The notes under the pieces: model-generated
Seen by the model: only the letters and a program-made list of their open reading frames with translations
Database searches by the model: none
Told to the model about the DNA's origin: nothing
Made by a program: the position numbers and the translations under genes
Shown: one piece after another, positions 23,423 through 33,503 of the stretch
How the letters are laid out: every line of letters starts with the position of its first letter
Numbering within the stretch: the stretch's first letter is position 1
Virus record (IMG/VR): IMGVR_UViG_3300037034_000031
DNA length: 44,827 nucleotides
Reading direction: 5' to 3' (one strand)
Source: a virus

Positions 23423-23442
23423 CTATCCTGTAGTAGTGGTAC
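23423..23442 (-). promoter_or_regulatory. Phage RNAP promoter (fibre 1)
   Basis: Minus strand GTACCACTACTACAGGATAG, followed by AACAGGAGAATATC-ATG. Confidence 0.75.
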
Positions 23443-23448
23443 GTTGGA

Positions 23449-23470
23449 GGGCGGCGCTTTCGCGCCACCC
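23449..23470 (-). terminator. Stem-loop directly after the 1054-aa internal protein gene
   Basis: 9-bp stem (one G-U pair in the minus-strand RNA) with a 4-nt loop, 2 nt after the stop at 23472. No U-tract. Confidence 0.4.
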
Positions 23471-23471
23471 C

Positions 23472-26400
23472 TTAGTTCTTCATTGCGTTCCAGATCGCGG
23501 TCATACCAAAGGCGTTCCCCACGAGGGGTGCAGCTTGTAACGCACGAATACGATCATTCCGGCTCATGTCACCTATAGGGTTCAGTGCGCCGGGGATGTG
23601 TAGCATCCGGTTCAGAGTAGGGATCGCGGGAGGTGTTGACAGGATACCGGAGGATGCGGAAGTCCTACCATACTGGTTGAACCGTAGGTCGTTCATGCCA
23701 AGCATCGCCGCAGCAGGATCAAAGAACATAGGGAACCAACCGGTCATGTTCGACATACCGAAGGCACCTTTAGCGATGTCTGCTGGCGCTGGTACGTCCT
23801 TATTGTTGACCACCTGCTTTGCAGAGTACGCCAACCCCGCCGTTGCCAGCCCCATGGATACCATAGCGACTGCGGCAGGTGTGCCCATATTCATGTTACG
23901 CGCCGCCTGCTTCTGCATGGCCATCAGTGGGAACGTCTTGAGGTGCGAGAAGATCGCGCCCCACGAGCTGTGCCACCACTGACTGTCCTCCCCAATCAGA
24001 CCCTTTTGAACTACTTGGTGCGTGTAGCGGTTCAGGGCTGTCGCGAATGCGTCCGCATCCTCTACGTCCCACTGATCCATGTTAAGACGGTTCACGTAAC
24101 CGTCTTCCGAGAACTCTACTTTGTCCAGATACTTCTGGAAGTGCGTCATGTCGATCCCGATGTCCTGCAGTTGTTGCACGCCCTCACCCTTGCGGATCAG
24201 TTGGAATGCCTTGTCTGCCATAGATGTCACCGCGATCTTCTGCTGCATAGACTTCACCTGATAGAACCCTGAGATGTAGCCCTGTAGGCGCTGACCCTTG
24301 CCCAAGGCAAAGTCTAGCTTACTCAGGAAGCCGTCTAGCTCTGCTGCGAAGCCCGTGTCATTGCGTAGCTCGTCGAGCTGTAGCTCTGGACGGAACAGGA
24401 GGTGGTCGTCACCCAGCTGCCCGAGGAATGGGCGAAGCTCTTTCGCGAGTTGTCCATGTGGTCCCTCGTCCTCCAAGGTTTTGAACACGTCTTTCGCGTG
24501 GCGTTTCCATGTGTCCATACCTACAGCCGCCATCTGTGCCCCGGTCTCGCCAAGTTGGGTCATTCCCATCTGGTTTAGGAGTGCGAGGTTCGTCAGGCGT
24601 TTCATACGGGAGATCATAGGATGCACCCCGCCAGCAATGGCACCGCCGTCGAAGTACGTGAACATGTTCTCCAAGGTCTCACGATGCTTGGCACCCTGTA
24701 TGTCCCCTGTAGCCGCAGCCTCCGCGATAGCACTGTCGATCATCGCCTTCTGCTGTGCCTTGTTGGCTATACCCTTACGCGCCAGTGCTGCAGCACCCGC
24801 GGTCTTGCGTGTGTTGCGCTGTGTCATGGCAGTGATGTCTGTGTTGATGAGGTCCATCATACTGAGATCGCCCTCAGACGTCCGCATGTCCAGTTCAATA
24901 CGGGCCTTGTTTGAACTCAGCATACCGCGCTCCTCCGCCTTGCCGGTAAGGGTGCGCAATAGACCGTCGAACTGTTCGCCTGTAAACCCGCTGTCTTCTA
25001 GCGTCTGCTTCAGAAATTCAATACCGTCGCTGTTCATAGTCTGCAGCATGTTACTGTCTACACCGTCCTCTTGGGACAGGGCACGCCGAACAATAGCCTT
25101 AGCCACAACCATGTCGTGACCCTCCGCTTTAAGCTGAGGGTGCATCTTGGTGTAGGCATTAGCGATCATTTCTTCGATCTGCTTGCGTGTCGTACCTGTG
25201 CGCATCTTCTCGCGCATGGCCTTACCGTCCCACGAGCGTGTGTAGTGCCCAGACGTCTCGTTCAGCTCCATAGCACCATCCACCGCCGTCTCACCGTCCC
25301 GGCCCTGCTTGAGTTCCCGGTCCCGTGCGTAGTGCGCGTCTAGTGCGTCCGCGGCCTGTTTGACCAGGGGGTCATCGGAAAGTGGGCCTTTGTGTGTCCG
25401 GTTGTTCATCTCGTCCAGTACCGCCCTGTCGAACGCTTTGCGAGATTGCCCCGACATGTCCTGCCAACGTGTATTGCCCGACTGCTTGTGCCAAGACGCA
25501 TACGCATTGTCGATAGGCAATAGCTCGGTTGCAAGAACACGTTCGTATCGGTCCATAGTCGCAGACGCCGACAGGTTATTCCGTACCCGACCTGCTGGGC
25601 TTTCCAGAAGATCGTACGCCATAGCCTTCATGATGGTGCCGCCGGAAGCGACATCGTCGAACAGCGAACGCAGGCCCGGTGTCTTAGCAATGTTCTCTGC
25701 GAGTAACCTTCCAGCCTTGGCGGTGTATCCTGTAGCACCTTCCATACCGCCCATGAGGTCTTTCACGGTGGCACCGGTGTACGACGCCTCTGTGTCTAGT
25801 GTATATTGCGCATCGTCGAACTCGCGTAGCTGGCTGTCGCTCAGACCTTCCGTGATCTCTGTTGGGCGGTTAGGTGTGTATGCTGCGCCGACTGACCAGT
25901 TACTGTCTACGAATTTCGGATACTCAAAATCGTCTGCATCCCCTAAGTGCGGGGCGGCCTCGTTGAACTCGTCCCGAACACTGGCTACTGAGCGGTTGAA
26001 TACTGCACCGGCGGCTCCACCCAATACGGTCCCGAACAGGGCACCGTTGATGATGTCTGAGGTTTCGGCCAGCGGGTCCACGATCACGTGCCCTGCTTCG
26101 ATAGCAGCGCCTGTGGCGGCACCTGCGGCAGCACCACGTGCTACCCGGCCACCCAGCGTAACAGCCTTCGCTGTACCGCCTGTGACGAGCGCCAGCGGTG
26201 CGTCTACGTCAACCACACCGGCAAGCAGGGTTGCTGCGATGCCTCGGGCACCTTTGGCCTGTAGTATTTGTGTGTTTTGAATATCGTCGTTGATACGGTC
26301 GCGCAACTCAGCAGCCTCTGCTGTCGAGCGCACACCTGAGAACTTGTCGTGCATGTCCGCTGGGACTTGCTCGGGGTTCTCTGCCAACCACGCCTGTGGG

Positions 26401-26636
26401 TCGAAGCCCTCTTCAGGCGCGTTGGAGAATTTGCTGTCTAGGGTCTTCCACATTTGTGGTCCCAAGTTCTGCTGGAATGCAGCTGGCAGGGCGTCCTTGA
26501 CGAAAGACGTGCTCTCGTCAAGTTCAGCCATGGCGTCACGGGAGGCCAGCGCCTGCTGCGATGTTTGACCACCGAGCAAGTTGACTGGTGGCTTTGGTTC
26601 CGCTTCGTCGAGCGGTGTAAGTTCAAGATCAGCCAT
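23472..26636 (-). CDS. Internal virion (ejectosome/core) protein, large (T7 gp16 position)
   Basis: 1054-aa ORF, the last of three internal-protein genes between tail tubular B and the fibre. Gly/Ala-rich hydrophobic stretches (GAAAGAATGAAIEAG). Assigned by synteny and size. Confidence 0.7.
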   Translation of the reverse strand: MADLELTPLDEAEPKPPVNLLGGQTSQQALASRDAMAELDESTSFVKDALPAAFQQNLGPQMWKTLDSKFSNAPEEGFDPQAWLAENPEQVPADMHDKFSGVRSTAEAAELRDRINDDIQNTQILQAKGARGIAATLLAGVVDVDAPLALVTGGTAKAVTLGGRVARGAAAGAATGAAIEAGHVIVDPLAETSDIINGALFGTVLGGAAGAVFNRSVASVRDEFNEAAPHLGDADDFEYPKFVDSNWSVGAAYTPNRPTEITEGLSDSQLREFDDAQYTLDTEASYTGATVKDLMGGMEGATGYTAKAGRLLAENIAKTPGLRSLFDDVASGGTIMKAMAYDLLESPAGRVRNNLSASATMDRYERVLATELLPIDNAYASWHKQSGNTRWQDMSGQSRKAFDRAVLDEMNNRTHKGPLSDDPLVKQAADALDAHYARDRELKQGRDGETAVDGAMELNETSGHYTRSWDGKAMREKMRTGTTRKQIEEMIANAYTKMHPQLKAEGHDMVVAKAIVRRALSQEDGVDSNMLQTMNSDGIEFLKQTLEDSGFTGEQFDGLLRTLTGKAEERGMLSSNKARIELDMRTSEGDLSMMDLINTDITAMTQRNTRKTAGAAALARKGIANKAQQKAMIDSAIAEAAATGDIQGAKHRETLENMFTYFDGGAIAGGVHPMISRMKRLTNLALLNQMGMTQLGETGAQMAAVGMDTWKRHAKDVFKTLEDEGPHGQLAKELRPFLGQLGDDHLLFRPELQLDELRNDTGFAAELDGFLSKLDFALGKGQRLQGYISGFYQVKSMQQKIAVTSMADKAFQLIRKGEGVQQLQDIGIDMTHFQKYLDKVEFSEDGYVNRLNMDQWDVEDADAFATALNRYTHQVVQKGLIGEDSQWWHSSWGAIFSHLKTFPLMAMQKQAARNMNMGTPAAVAMVSMGLATAGLAYSAKQVVNNKDVPAPADIAKGAFGMSNMTGWFPMFFDPAAAMLGMNDLRFNQYGRTSASSGILSTPPAIPTLNRMLHIPGALNPIGDMSRNDRIRALQAAPLVGNAFGMTAIWNAMKN

Positions 26637-26655
26637 GCTGGCCTCCTATGTTTGT

Positions 26656-29600
26656 TTAGTTGTCCATGAGATCGCCCAGTGCACCGTTACCGCCGAATTG
26701 GCCGGTAGGGTTCACGAGTGCATTGATCTCCTCTTGGGTCGGGGTTGGAGCAGGTTCGAGGTCGGGTCGGAAGAAGTCAACGAGGGTGTTGATCGCTACG
26801 TCCGCCCCGGATGGTTTCTGGTCCTCTGCATTCCACATGTCACCCGCCTCGCTCAGAGAGAACTGTAGCGTCATACCGAGCGTATCCACGTCCTGCGGAT
26901 TACTAAACCACCCGTCTATGGTAGCCTGCGTAGGAGTGACGAACAGTTGCATATCCCCTTCGATTGGAATCGCTTGTATATCGAAGTTCGCAGCGCTGAT
27001 AGCATCCATCCACAAGCTGTCAGGGCTTCCGGTAGGGCTGGTATCAATCGCCTCCAAGCGCTGGTCTAGTGTGGCCTGTGTAGACAGGGCATGTGCAATA
27101 CTCTTGCGGGCACTCTCAGGGAGCTGCGTGTTGAACGCATTTAGAATACCCATCTGCACAGCCTCGTTGATAGCCTCTGGTCCTTTACCTTCTGCGATAC
27201 CGGTCATGGAGTGCATAGTCTCTCCCACAGGCGCGACCAAGAAGTTACCCAGCACTGCGGCCCCTTGGTTCATCGCTTGGCCCACGGAGCGCTGTTGCGC
27301 GGCCTCGGGTGTGATGTTACCACGTGTCAGTGCCACCAGACGGCGGGTAGCATCGTCGAGGAACTTGGTCAGGCGTGGGTCGTTCTCCACGGCTGTACGG
27401 TCGGCCTGCATTTGGCTATTCGTAGTCCACCGACCCAACGTCCGCTGGAACCAGTTACCGTCCAGACCCGCCTCCTTGACGAACTCCGCCTGAGCACCTT
27501 CTAGGAACCCGTCAGCGTTCATCTTAGCCTGCTTCTCGATCATGGCCTGCTGCGTCACAGGGTCTGTGTGGGCGCGGGCAGCTGTGCGTAGCGCTGCGGT
27601 GGTGTCCGCGCTACCTGTATCGTAGGCCTGTGCATTGTAGAAGAACGTGAGAGCTTCTGGGTTGTCTTTGAACATGCGTTCCATGTACCCGGCAGTCGCT
27701 CGGTCTCCCTTCGTGAACTCAAGGAAGTTGGCGTACGCGGCGATAGCCTCATCCGGCATCTCCCCTTTCAAGTCCCATCCGCGCACGTCTACGACGGCGG
27801 CAGCCATCTGACCTGCCAGCTCTGTGTCTACGACATTGTGGCTGACAAGTTTATGGGCGTATATCTTTTGTGCTTCTCCGTTACGCTGCTCCAGTGACAG
27901 GTCGCCGGAGGTAACCAGTGCATCGACTTCCTGCACGGTTTGATCCTGCAAGATGCCCATACCCGCCTTTTGCGTCTTCTTGTCCTTCTTGTTCAGAGTG
28001 CGGTTCCCGAGGGCTTGTTGCGCATCAGCGAGGGTTGCGATCTTCTTGTCCTGCTCCTTTACCCTATCCGCCGCGGCGTCGCGCTTCTTGTTCTGCGCCT
28101 TATCGTACGCACCGTTCAAAGACACCAGCTGGTTAGCAGTTAGTTCTGCATCAATGCCGCGAACACGCCCCTCTTCCACGAGGTCTTCGAGAACCGTCTG
28201 CATTTCCTCTGTGCTTTTCGCACCTTGCATGGCCTCCCGTGCATCGGTCAGTACCGCCAGACCTTCGGGAGTATTCCACCCTTGTCCTACTTCGTTCTCT
28301 TTCAGCTCGACCGCGACCTCGTTGAACAACCGGCGCATCTCCACGTCGTTGCGCGGGTGTGCCTGCTGGAAGGCGTCTAGCTTCTCGTAGATTTCGTCTT
28401 CGGACAGCTCACCATCGTCTGCAAGACTGATGATTTCGTCGGCACCGCGCTCGTATTCCATCGAGTACGCAGTCAGCTCCTTGTCCTTGTACGTGTCGTA
28501 CCCTTTCATAACGGTAGACATCTGAGCGTTCGTGATACCAAGTTCCCGCAGGGTGGCGTAGCCGCCCATACCTTCGAACAAGGACGCGTCATCCTGCTGA
28601 AAGCCCTGCATGATTGCTGTCAGAACTTCGCTGCGGTGACGCTCCGGTGGTAGACCGGGATTAGTCAGAACCTGCTGCTTGAGCGGGATTGTCTTTTGAC
28701 CCGCCTGCTTGTTCGCCCAGTTCACGACCTGTCCGACCGTCCAGTCTTTGAGGAACGCATTAGCGTCGATCTGTTTCTGGGTAAGCGCGGCGGATACGTG
28801 CGCACCGGGGTCAGCTTTGAGCAGTCGCGTAGCACCTCCCGGTCCCGCGAAGTGTGACAGGCGTAGCGTGCCCGGTGTCACATCCAACCCAGCACCCGAC
28901 AGGATAGCCGCATTGTCTGCACCATACGCCACGGTCATGTCGTAGCTTAACTGTTCAGAGCCTTTCCCCTTCTTCATGGCGATGATCTCAGCGTTGGTCT
29001 TACCAGCCGCCAGCTGTGGGCGGTGCTTTTTGATCATGGCGAGCCATGTGCTGTCGATAAAGCCACCCGTACCGCCCGCAGTCGATGTCTTGGATTGTGC
29101 GTTTACGTCGCCACGGCTCTCGTGGTGTATGGTATTGCCCGCCACGCTTTCGGACACAGCCTGCCAGTTCGGGTTTGATACCGCGCCGGGGGTTGTCTGT
29201 GTGACCTGAGTGGTGGTGAGTTGTGCAGACGTAGACAGACCTGCGCCGTATTCCCGAGCAACGCCGTCAGTCACGAACTCTTGGTGGCCGACCATGTGCG
29301 CCTGTGACAGCTGCCCCATGGACTTAGCCATGAGCGGGGCCAGCTGTGAGCGTGCGAAGGCATCGCCACCGATCTGATCCAACAGGGCTGTGCTCTGCTT
29401 CGCCAGATGGTCTTGATACGCTTCCGGTGTGCTCTCGGACCAGTTGATCCGGGCATCGTTCACCTGCTGGGTGTGCCACGCATTCATAGCGTTGCCCACC
29501 TCCATGCTGACCATGCCAGCCATCTCGCGAGGTGTCCCGCCACGCGCACGCAGCTCGTCTTCTGTCTCACCCGCGTGTGCGGCAAGCTGACCACTGATAA

Positions 29601-29805
29601 ATTCTTCGGTGCGCTGTTTCTCGCGCAGCTTACCGGCACCAAAGGACAGCGACTGTGCTGCAGCCTGCATACCGGTATCTGTGTGGGTTGTACCCTGCCC
29701 CGTACGAATGCCACTGAGGCCAGTACGGGTCTTGGGCGCTGCGCCTAGTGCGCTCTGTTCGAGAGGGTTGTTCACCGTCTCCCGACGTGCTGTTCCATTA
29801 GCCAT
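26656..29805 (-). CDS. Internal virion protein with lytic transglycosylase (SLT) domain
   Basis: IHHESRGDVNAQSKTSTAGGTGGFIDSTWL has the catalytic E-S and the following G-x-x-Q/F pattern of SLT domains. 1049 aa, in the gp15/gp16 position. Confidence 0.78.
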   Translation of the reverse strand: MANGTARRETVNNPLEQSALGAAPKTRTGLSGIRTGQGTTHTDTGMQAAAQSLSFGAGKLREKQRTEEFISGQLAAHAGETEDELRARGGTPREMAGMVSMEVGNAMNAWHTQQVNDARINWSESTPEAYQDHLAKQSTALLDQIGGDAFARSQLAPLMAKSMGQLSQAHMVGHQEFVTDGVAREYGAGLSTSAQLTTTQVTQTTPGAVSNPNWQAVSESVAGNTIHHESRGDVNAQSKTSTAGGTGGFIDSTWLAMIKKHRPQLAAGKTNAEIIAMKKGKGSEQLSYDMTVAYGADNAAILSGAGLDVTPGTLRLSHFAGPGGATRLLKADPGAHVSAALTQKQIDANAFLKDWTVGQVVNWANKQAGQKTIPLKQQVLTNPGLPPERHRSEVLTAIMQGFQQDDASLFEGMGGYATLRELGITNAQMSTVMKGYDTYKDKELTAYSMEYERGADEIISLADDGELSEDEIYEKLDAFQQAHPRNDVEMRRLFNEVAVELKENEVGQGWNTPEGLAVLTDAREAMQGAKSTEEMQTVLEDLVEEGRVRGIDAELTANQLVSLNGAYDKAQNKKRDAAADRVKEQDKKIATLADAQQALGNRTLNKKDKKTQKAGMGILQDQTVQEVDALVTSGDLSLEQRNGEAQKIYAHKLVSHNVVDTELAGQMAAAVVDVRGWDLKGEMPDEAIAAYANFLEFTKGDRATAGYMERMFKDNPEALTFFYNAQAYDTGSADTTAALRTAARAHTDPVTQQAMIEKQAKMNADGFLEGAQAEFVKEAGLDGNWFQRTLGRWTTNSQMQADRTAVENDPRLTKFLDDATRRLVALTRGNITPEAAQQRSVGQAMNQGAAVLGNFLVAPVGETMHSMTGIAEGKGPEAINEAVQMGILNAFNTQLPESARKSIAHALSTQATLDQRLEAIDTSPTGSPDSLWMDAISAANFDIQAIPIEGDMQLFVTPTQATIDGWFSNPQDVDTLGMTLQFSLSEAGDMWNAEDQKPSGADVAINTLVDFFRPDLEPAPTPTQEEINALVNPTGQFGGNGALGDLMDN

Positions 29806-29820
29806 GCTGGCCTCCTGTGA

Positions 29821-30375
29821 TTATAGAATTTCGAAGATCGTTTTCTTACGTTCCGTTGGTTGACCCAGACCTTCGCTCGTTTGAGGGTCTGCTTCGTTCT
29901 CTGCGTGCACACCGAGCATACCAAGACCCAGTCCTAGCAGATTCGGGCCAGAGATCATACTCTGTTGTGCCAAGACTGTGTTCACCTTATTCTGGTACGC
30001 ACGCTCATGGATGTTCATCAACTCTGCCTCGGCACCCTGCTGCGCCCGAAAGGTTGCAGCGGCGGCGTCACGTGAGATGTTGAACTGCGTGATGTCCACA
30101 CTGCCGCCCTGTACGCCCGCTACAGCAGCGTTGACCGTCGCTGTGGCCTGCGCCTTGTTCTTGGCTTTGAGGATACGCATACGGGCGCTCGTGCTCTCTT
30201 CGCGGACAGCTGCCCGGTGCTGGGACAAGATGCTTGCGTTCCGTGCGCCTGTGATCGCGGCATTCTCGTTTTGCTGCTTGATCACCTTGTTCTTCGCACG
30301 GGTGTTAATCGCGCTACCGAGGAAGCCGCCTACTAGGTCAGCTCCCCCGTTGTCAAATAGTGCTTCCCAGTCCAT
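29821..30375 (-). CDS. Internal virion protein A (T7 gp14 position)
   Basis: Start MDWEALFDNGG at ATG 30375 with AGGAGG 6 nt upstream. The track start 30429 overlaps tail tubular B. Confidence 0.6.
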   Translation of the reverse strand: MDWEALFDNGGADLVGGFLGSAINTRAKNKVIKQQNENAAITGARNASILSQHRAAVREESTSARMRILKAKNKAQATATVNAAVAGVQGGSVDITQFNISRDAAAATFRAQQGAEAELMNIHERAYQNKVNTVLAQQSMISGPNLLGLGLGMLGVHAENEADPQTSEGLGQPTERKKTIFEIL

Positions 30376-30377
30376 GG

Positions 30378-32807
30378 TCAGCCTCCTGTGTTTACGCGGG
30401 TCGAACGCCCACGCAGGGAGCCGAGCCACTCGATTTCAGTGATGTTCATTGGTAGATAAGAGGACGTGTCGATAGCTAACTTCGCTGTGGCTGCGTTCTC
30501 CTCGAATGTGAACTCGATTACACCACTGTCCATCGGCACCGCACCCAGTTGGAAGTCTGGGTCGTCCCAGTAGAAACCCTCCCAGTCCAGATACCACCAG
30601 TCGGCAGGGTCTTCGTACACAGTCTCCCGCGTCATGCGGAAAGGTCCAGTATCGACAGTGTCAATCTTGAACCGTGCAACAGCTAGATCACTTTTAGCAC
30701 GTGCGACACCTGCTCGGTCCCGGATGACAGGCATGGTCGGCACTAGGCGCGTAGGATAGGGGATACCTACCAGCACATCACTTGCGTCCGCCGGTATGGT
30801 GTAGTTGGTTGTACCGTCACCTACGTCTGTGCCCCGCGTAAGAACCGCGGGCAACCCAGCCAGCGGGTCAGCGCCCGTACGGATCGCCACGTACTCTGTG
30901 TCCGTTGTGGGTAGGGTGAACGCCGGTGTGCTGTGCGCCCCACGGCGGTCAAGGTGTACGTCGAAATCGAGACCACCTTCTAGGCTGTTCGATAGGTCCA
31001 CACGCGCCGCGTATGCTGGCAGGTTATCGTCTTGGTAGAATACCAGCAGGAGGTCCGTACCGTCCAGATATGCAGCGACTAGCTGATCATGGTAGGTGTT
31101 CTTCGACCATGCCGACTGCACACGCTTGTTGTCCTGCCACAGATACTCGTACAGGAAGACCTCCTGCGTGTATGGCGCTGCGCCCGCTGTGACGGACCCG
31201 TCCCATAGCATCGCGAAAGACTGTCCCTCGTCTGCTAATATGTCCGTGATATTCGCCGGGATGTACTTAGGGACGTGTGCAGATACCGAGCGGTTTCCAT
31301 GACTATCGTCCTGACCGAGCAGGAACATCTCTAGCACCTCTGTGAAGTCACCGCGTGTGTTCGCATACAGGATCGCGTTACCCACGCTCTCCGGGACCAC
31401 CGCTGTGTTCACTCCGAACTCTGCAGTCAGAGGCACCGCCACCGTGTCCGGCGCGATGCGGCCCCGACCAGACAGTAGGTACTGGGCGTTGTCGTCTGCG
31501 AACAAGACTAGGTCTCGATCCGACGGGACAGCGCTGCGCATACGTGGGGTCCGCCGCCCTGTGGTTGGGCGTACGTTGATTGGATCATTGTCCAGCGTAC
31601 CTGTTGCGGACTGTAGGAAGAAATTACTGGTCTCTTCCGTCTGCGAGCCAGACAGTTCTGCACCGTGCAATAGGATCAACCGTTCTTGGAACGATACGAA
31701 GTCCGCGATAGGCCCGCCAACGAATGTAGGGTCGGGGTTACTATCATCGTCGCCAGCCTTCTTGTCTTCCCACGTATGTTCTTGGAACGTGTACGTAGAA
31801 CCGCTTCGTGTGACCACGTGGGGCATAGTGGCCGCGTCGATACGAAAGTATGTGTCTGGTGAAGCACACTCGATCCACGTGCCGGGCACGTCCGCGAAGT
31901 CTCCGGTGGAACCAGTCTCCGTCTCAAACCGTACGAAATAGTCGTCATCTGATGATGCGTCACCGCGGATTAGAACAACCTGATTATGCCGTGCCCGGAT
32001 AGGGAGCCTACCGACTTCCGACACATCCGTCTGGATAGCCTGTAGCAAGTTAGTGCCCGTACCGTCAGTTGCAACGACACGCGCGTTGATGTCTGCATTG
32101 GACAAGATCAACAGATGATCCGCGTGTCGTGTGACTGTGTAGTTCGCGGCTATATGTGCCGCCCCCGCCGCTGAAATCCACAAGTCCGTACCGTTGTGTA
32201 GCAAAGTCCCGTCCAGCAGACCCTCTAATCGCGTTATGATCCACTCGGATGTAATTTGATCCGCATTGTTGTCGTCGGTCTTCATGTACACCCGGATCGT
32301 ATCAATGTCGTCCGTAATGGTCAGAGTGAATGTCGTGGCGGTAGCACCGCCGCGTGTGTACACAACAGCACCCCTGTCGTTCGCGTAGTCCTGCGTTGCC
32401 CCTGTGTCCATCGCGACGGTCTTCGCGGTGTTCAGTACCATGATCTGGTTCTCAAGTGAGATGACCCGTACGTCCTCTCCGCCGGTGGGCAGGTATGAAG
32501 ACGTAGTGTCGAGAAGGACCGCCCCAGTGGTTGGGTTGTACAAACGCAAGACGTCGCCCTTGGTGTACCAGAAAACTGTGTCGCCTGCGCTGTCTTGCAC
32601 GAACCCTTTATTGGAGTTCTCCCAGCCATCGGTCTCGAAGCCTGTCAGCGGTGCCAACATACGTGTGGGTGCTCGACGAGACAGCCCGAACACTTCGTCG
32701 TTGCGTACGTTCAGTTGTTCTTCCGCTTGACCCGGACGACGAGCACGAGGCGGTTGTTGTGATACGCCCTGTACTAGCGATCCGATAGAGCCATCTACCT
32801 TGGACAT
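30378..32807 (-). CDS. Tail tubular protein B (T7 gp12-like)
   Basis: N-terminal GSLVQGVSQQPPRARRPGQ resembles T7 gp12 LKGGISQQPDILRYPDQ. 809 aa; synteny. Confidence 0.82.
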   Translation of the reverse strand: MSKVDGSIGSLVQGVSQQPPRARRPGQAEEQLNVRNDEVFGLSRRAPTRMLAPLTGFETDGWENSNKGFVQDSAGDTVFWYTKGDVLRLYNPTTGAVLLDTTSSYLPTGGEDVRVISLENQIMVLNTAKTVAMDTGATQDYANDRGAVVYTRGGATATTFTLTITDDIDTIRVYMKTDDNNADQITSEWIITRLEGLLDGTLLHNGTDLWISAAGAAHIAANYTVTRHADHLLILSNADINARVVATDGTGTNLLQAIQTDVSEVGRLPIRARHNQVVLIRGDASSDDDYFVRFETETGSTGDFADVPGTWIECASPDTYFRIDAATMPHVVTRSGSTYTFQEHTWEDKKAGDDDSNPDPTFVGGPIADFVSFQERLILLHGAELSGSQTEETSNFFLQSATGTLDNDPINVRPTTGRRTPRMRSAVPSDRDLVLFADDNAQYLLSGRGRIAPDTVAVPLTAEFGVNTAVVPESVGNAILYANTRGDFTEVLEMFLLGQDDSHGNRSVSAHVPKYIPANITDILADEGQSFAMLWDGSVTAGAAPYTQEVFLYEYLWQDNKRVQSAWSKNTYHDQLVAAYLDGTDLLLVFYQDDNLPAYAARVDLSNSLEGGLDFDVHLDRRGAHSTPAFTLPTTDTEYVAIRTGADPLAGLPAVLTRGTDVGDGTTNYTIPADASDVLVGIPYPTRLVPTMPVIRDRAGVARAKSDLAVARFKIDTVDTGPFRMTRETVYEDPADWWYLDWEGFYWDDPDFQLGAVPMDSGVIEFTFEENAATAKLAIDTSSYLPMNITEIEWLGSLRGRSTRVNTGG

Positions 32808-32808
32808 A

Positions 32809-33411
32809 CTATCCTCCGATGTTGTTAGGGTTTGTGCTGCGCATATACATCCGGGGCAGCCCGCTCATGATGGCGGCGTACTCTGGGTTGTCGCGCAGCG
32901 ATGTGTCTGCCTGCTGGCGGCGCTCATTCTCAAACGCGATCTTCGTATCCTGCAGGTCCGCCTGCGCGGCCTGTACACTGATATGGTCCGCCTCTGCTTT
33001 CACAAGCATCTGCATCACAGCCTTGGCTCGGATATAGTCGAGCACCGAGAAAGGCAGCAGATCGTAGTCCAGCTTCAACACAACGTCCACCTCAAGGCTG
33101 GTTACGTCCAGCTGATACGTATGGTTGTGTGGGTCATACATACGACGACCCCGTCGTACATAACGTAGACGCTTCTCTGTGGTGTCGCATTTAATAGTGT
33201 TCTGTGGTACAAAGATTTCACCGTCCACCGTGGCGGACAGTGTCAGTCCGACGTCCCGGTTGAACCAGTGGCCACGCGCCTGTACCGCCTCGTGCGTACG
33301 ATCAAGAATAGGCCGTGCTTTCATGAGTGCCGGGTGGCGACCCACGGTCGATGTAACGCCATTGCTGCCTACAGCGGCCAACATGTCGTTGATGATGTCT
33401 AGTTCGTCCAT
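32809..33411 (-). CDS. Tail tubular protein A (T7 gp11-like)
   Basis: INDMLAAVG and VQARGHWFN resemble T7 gp11 VNDILASIG and IQSRGWTFN. ATG 33411 has GGAG 7 nt upstream (the track start 33417 is TTG). Confidence 0.78.
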   Translation of the reverse strand: MDELDIINDMLAAVGSNGVTSTVGRHPALMKARPILDRTHEAVQARGHWFNRDVGLTLSATVDGEIFVPQNTIKCDTTEKRLRYVRRGRRMYDPHNHTYQLDVTSLEVDVVLKLDYDLLPFSVLDYIRAKAVMQMLVKAEADHISVQAAQADLQDTKIAFENERRQQADTSLRDNPEYAAIMSGLPRMYMRSTNPNNIGG

Positions 33412-33435
33412 GTGCAAGCTCCAATGAGGATTAAA

Positions 33436-33478
33436 ACGACAAAAAGGCCCGCTCCATGCGTGAGCACAGAACGGGCCT
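33436..33478 (-). terminator. Major late terminator after the capsid gene (T7 T-phi position)
   Basis: Minus strand AGGCCCG...(nested GCTC/GAGC stem)...CGGGCCT followed by TTTTTGTCGTTTT. 26 nt after the capsid stop. Confidence 0.75.
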
Positions 33479-33503
33479 GACTGTCAGAGACAGGAATTGC
33501 TAT

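Noticed and set aside
23409-23468. N-terminal extensions of track ORFs (for example fibre 1 from 23468, 5448..6137, 8137..8451, 8525..8899, 37156..37503, 2390..2653, 6863..7786)
   Set aside because: The extensions overlap upstream genes, promoters or hairpins and are Arg/Gly-rich. Internal ATGs with SD sequences or ATGA coupling give compact, non-overlapping gene models.
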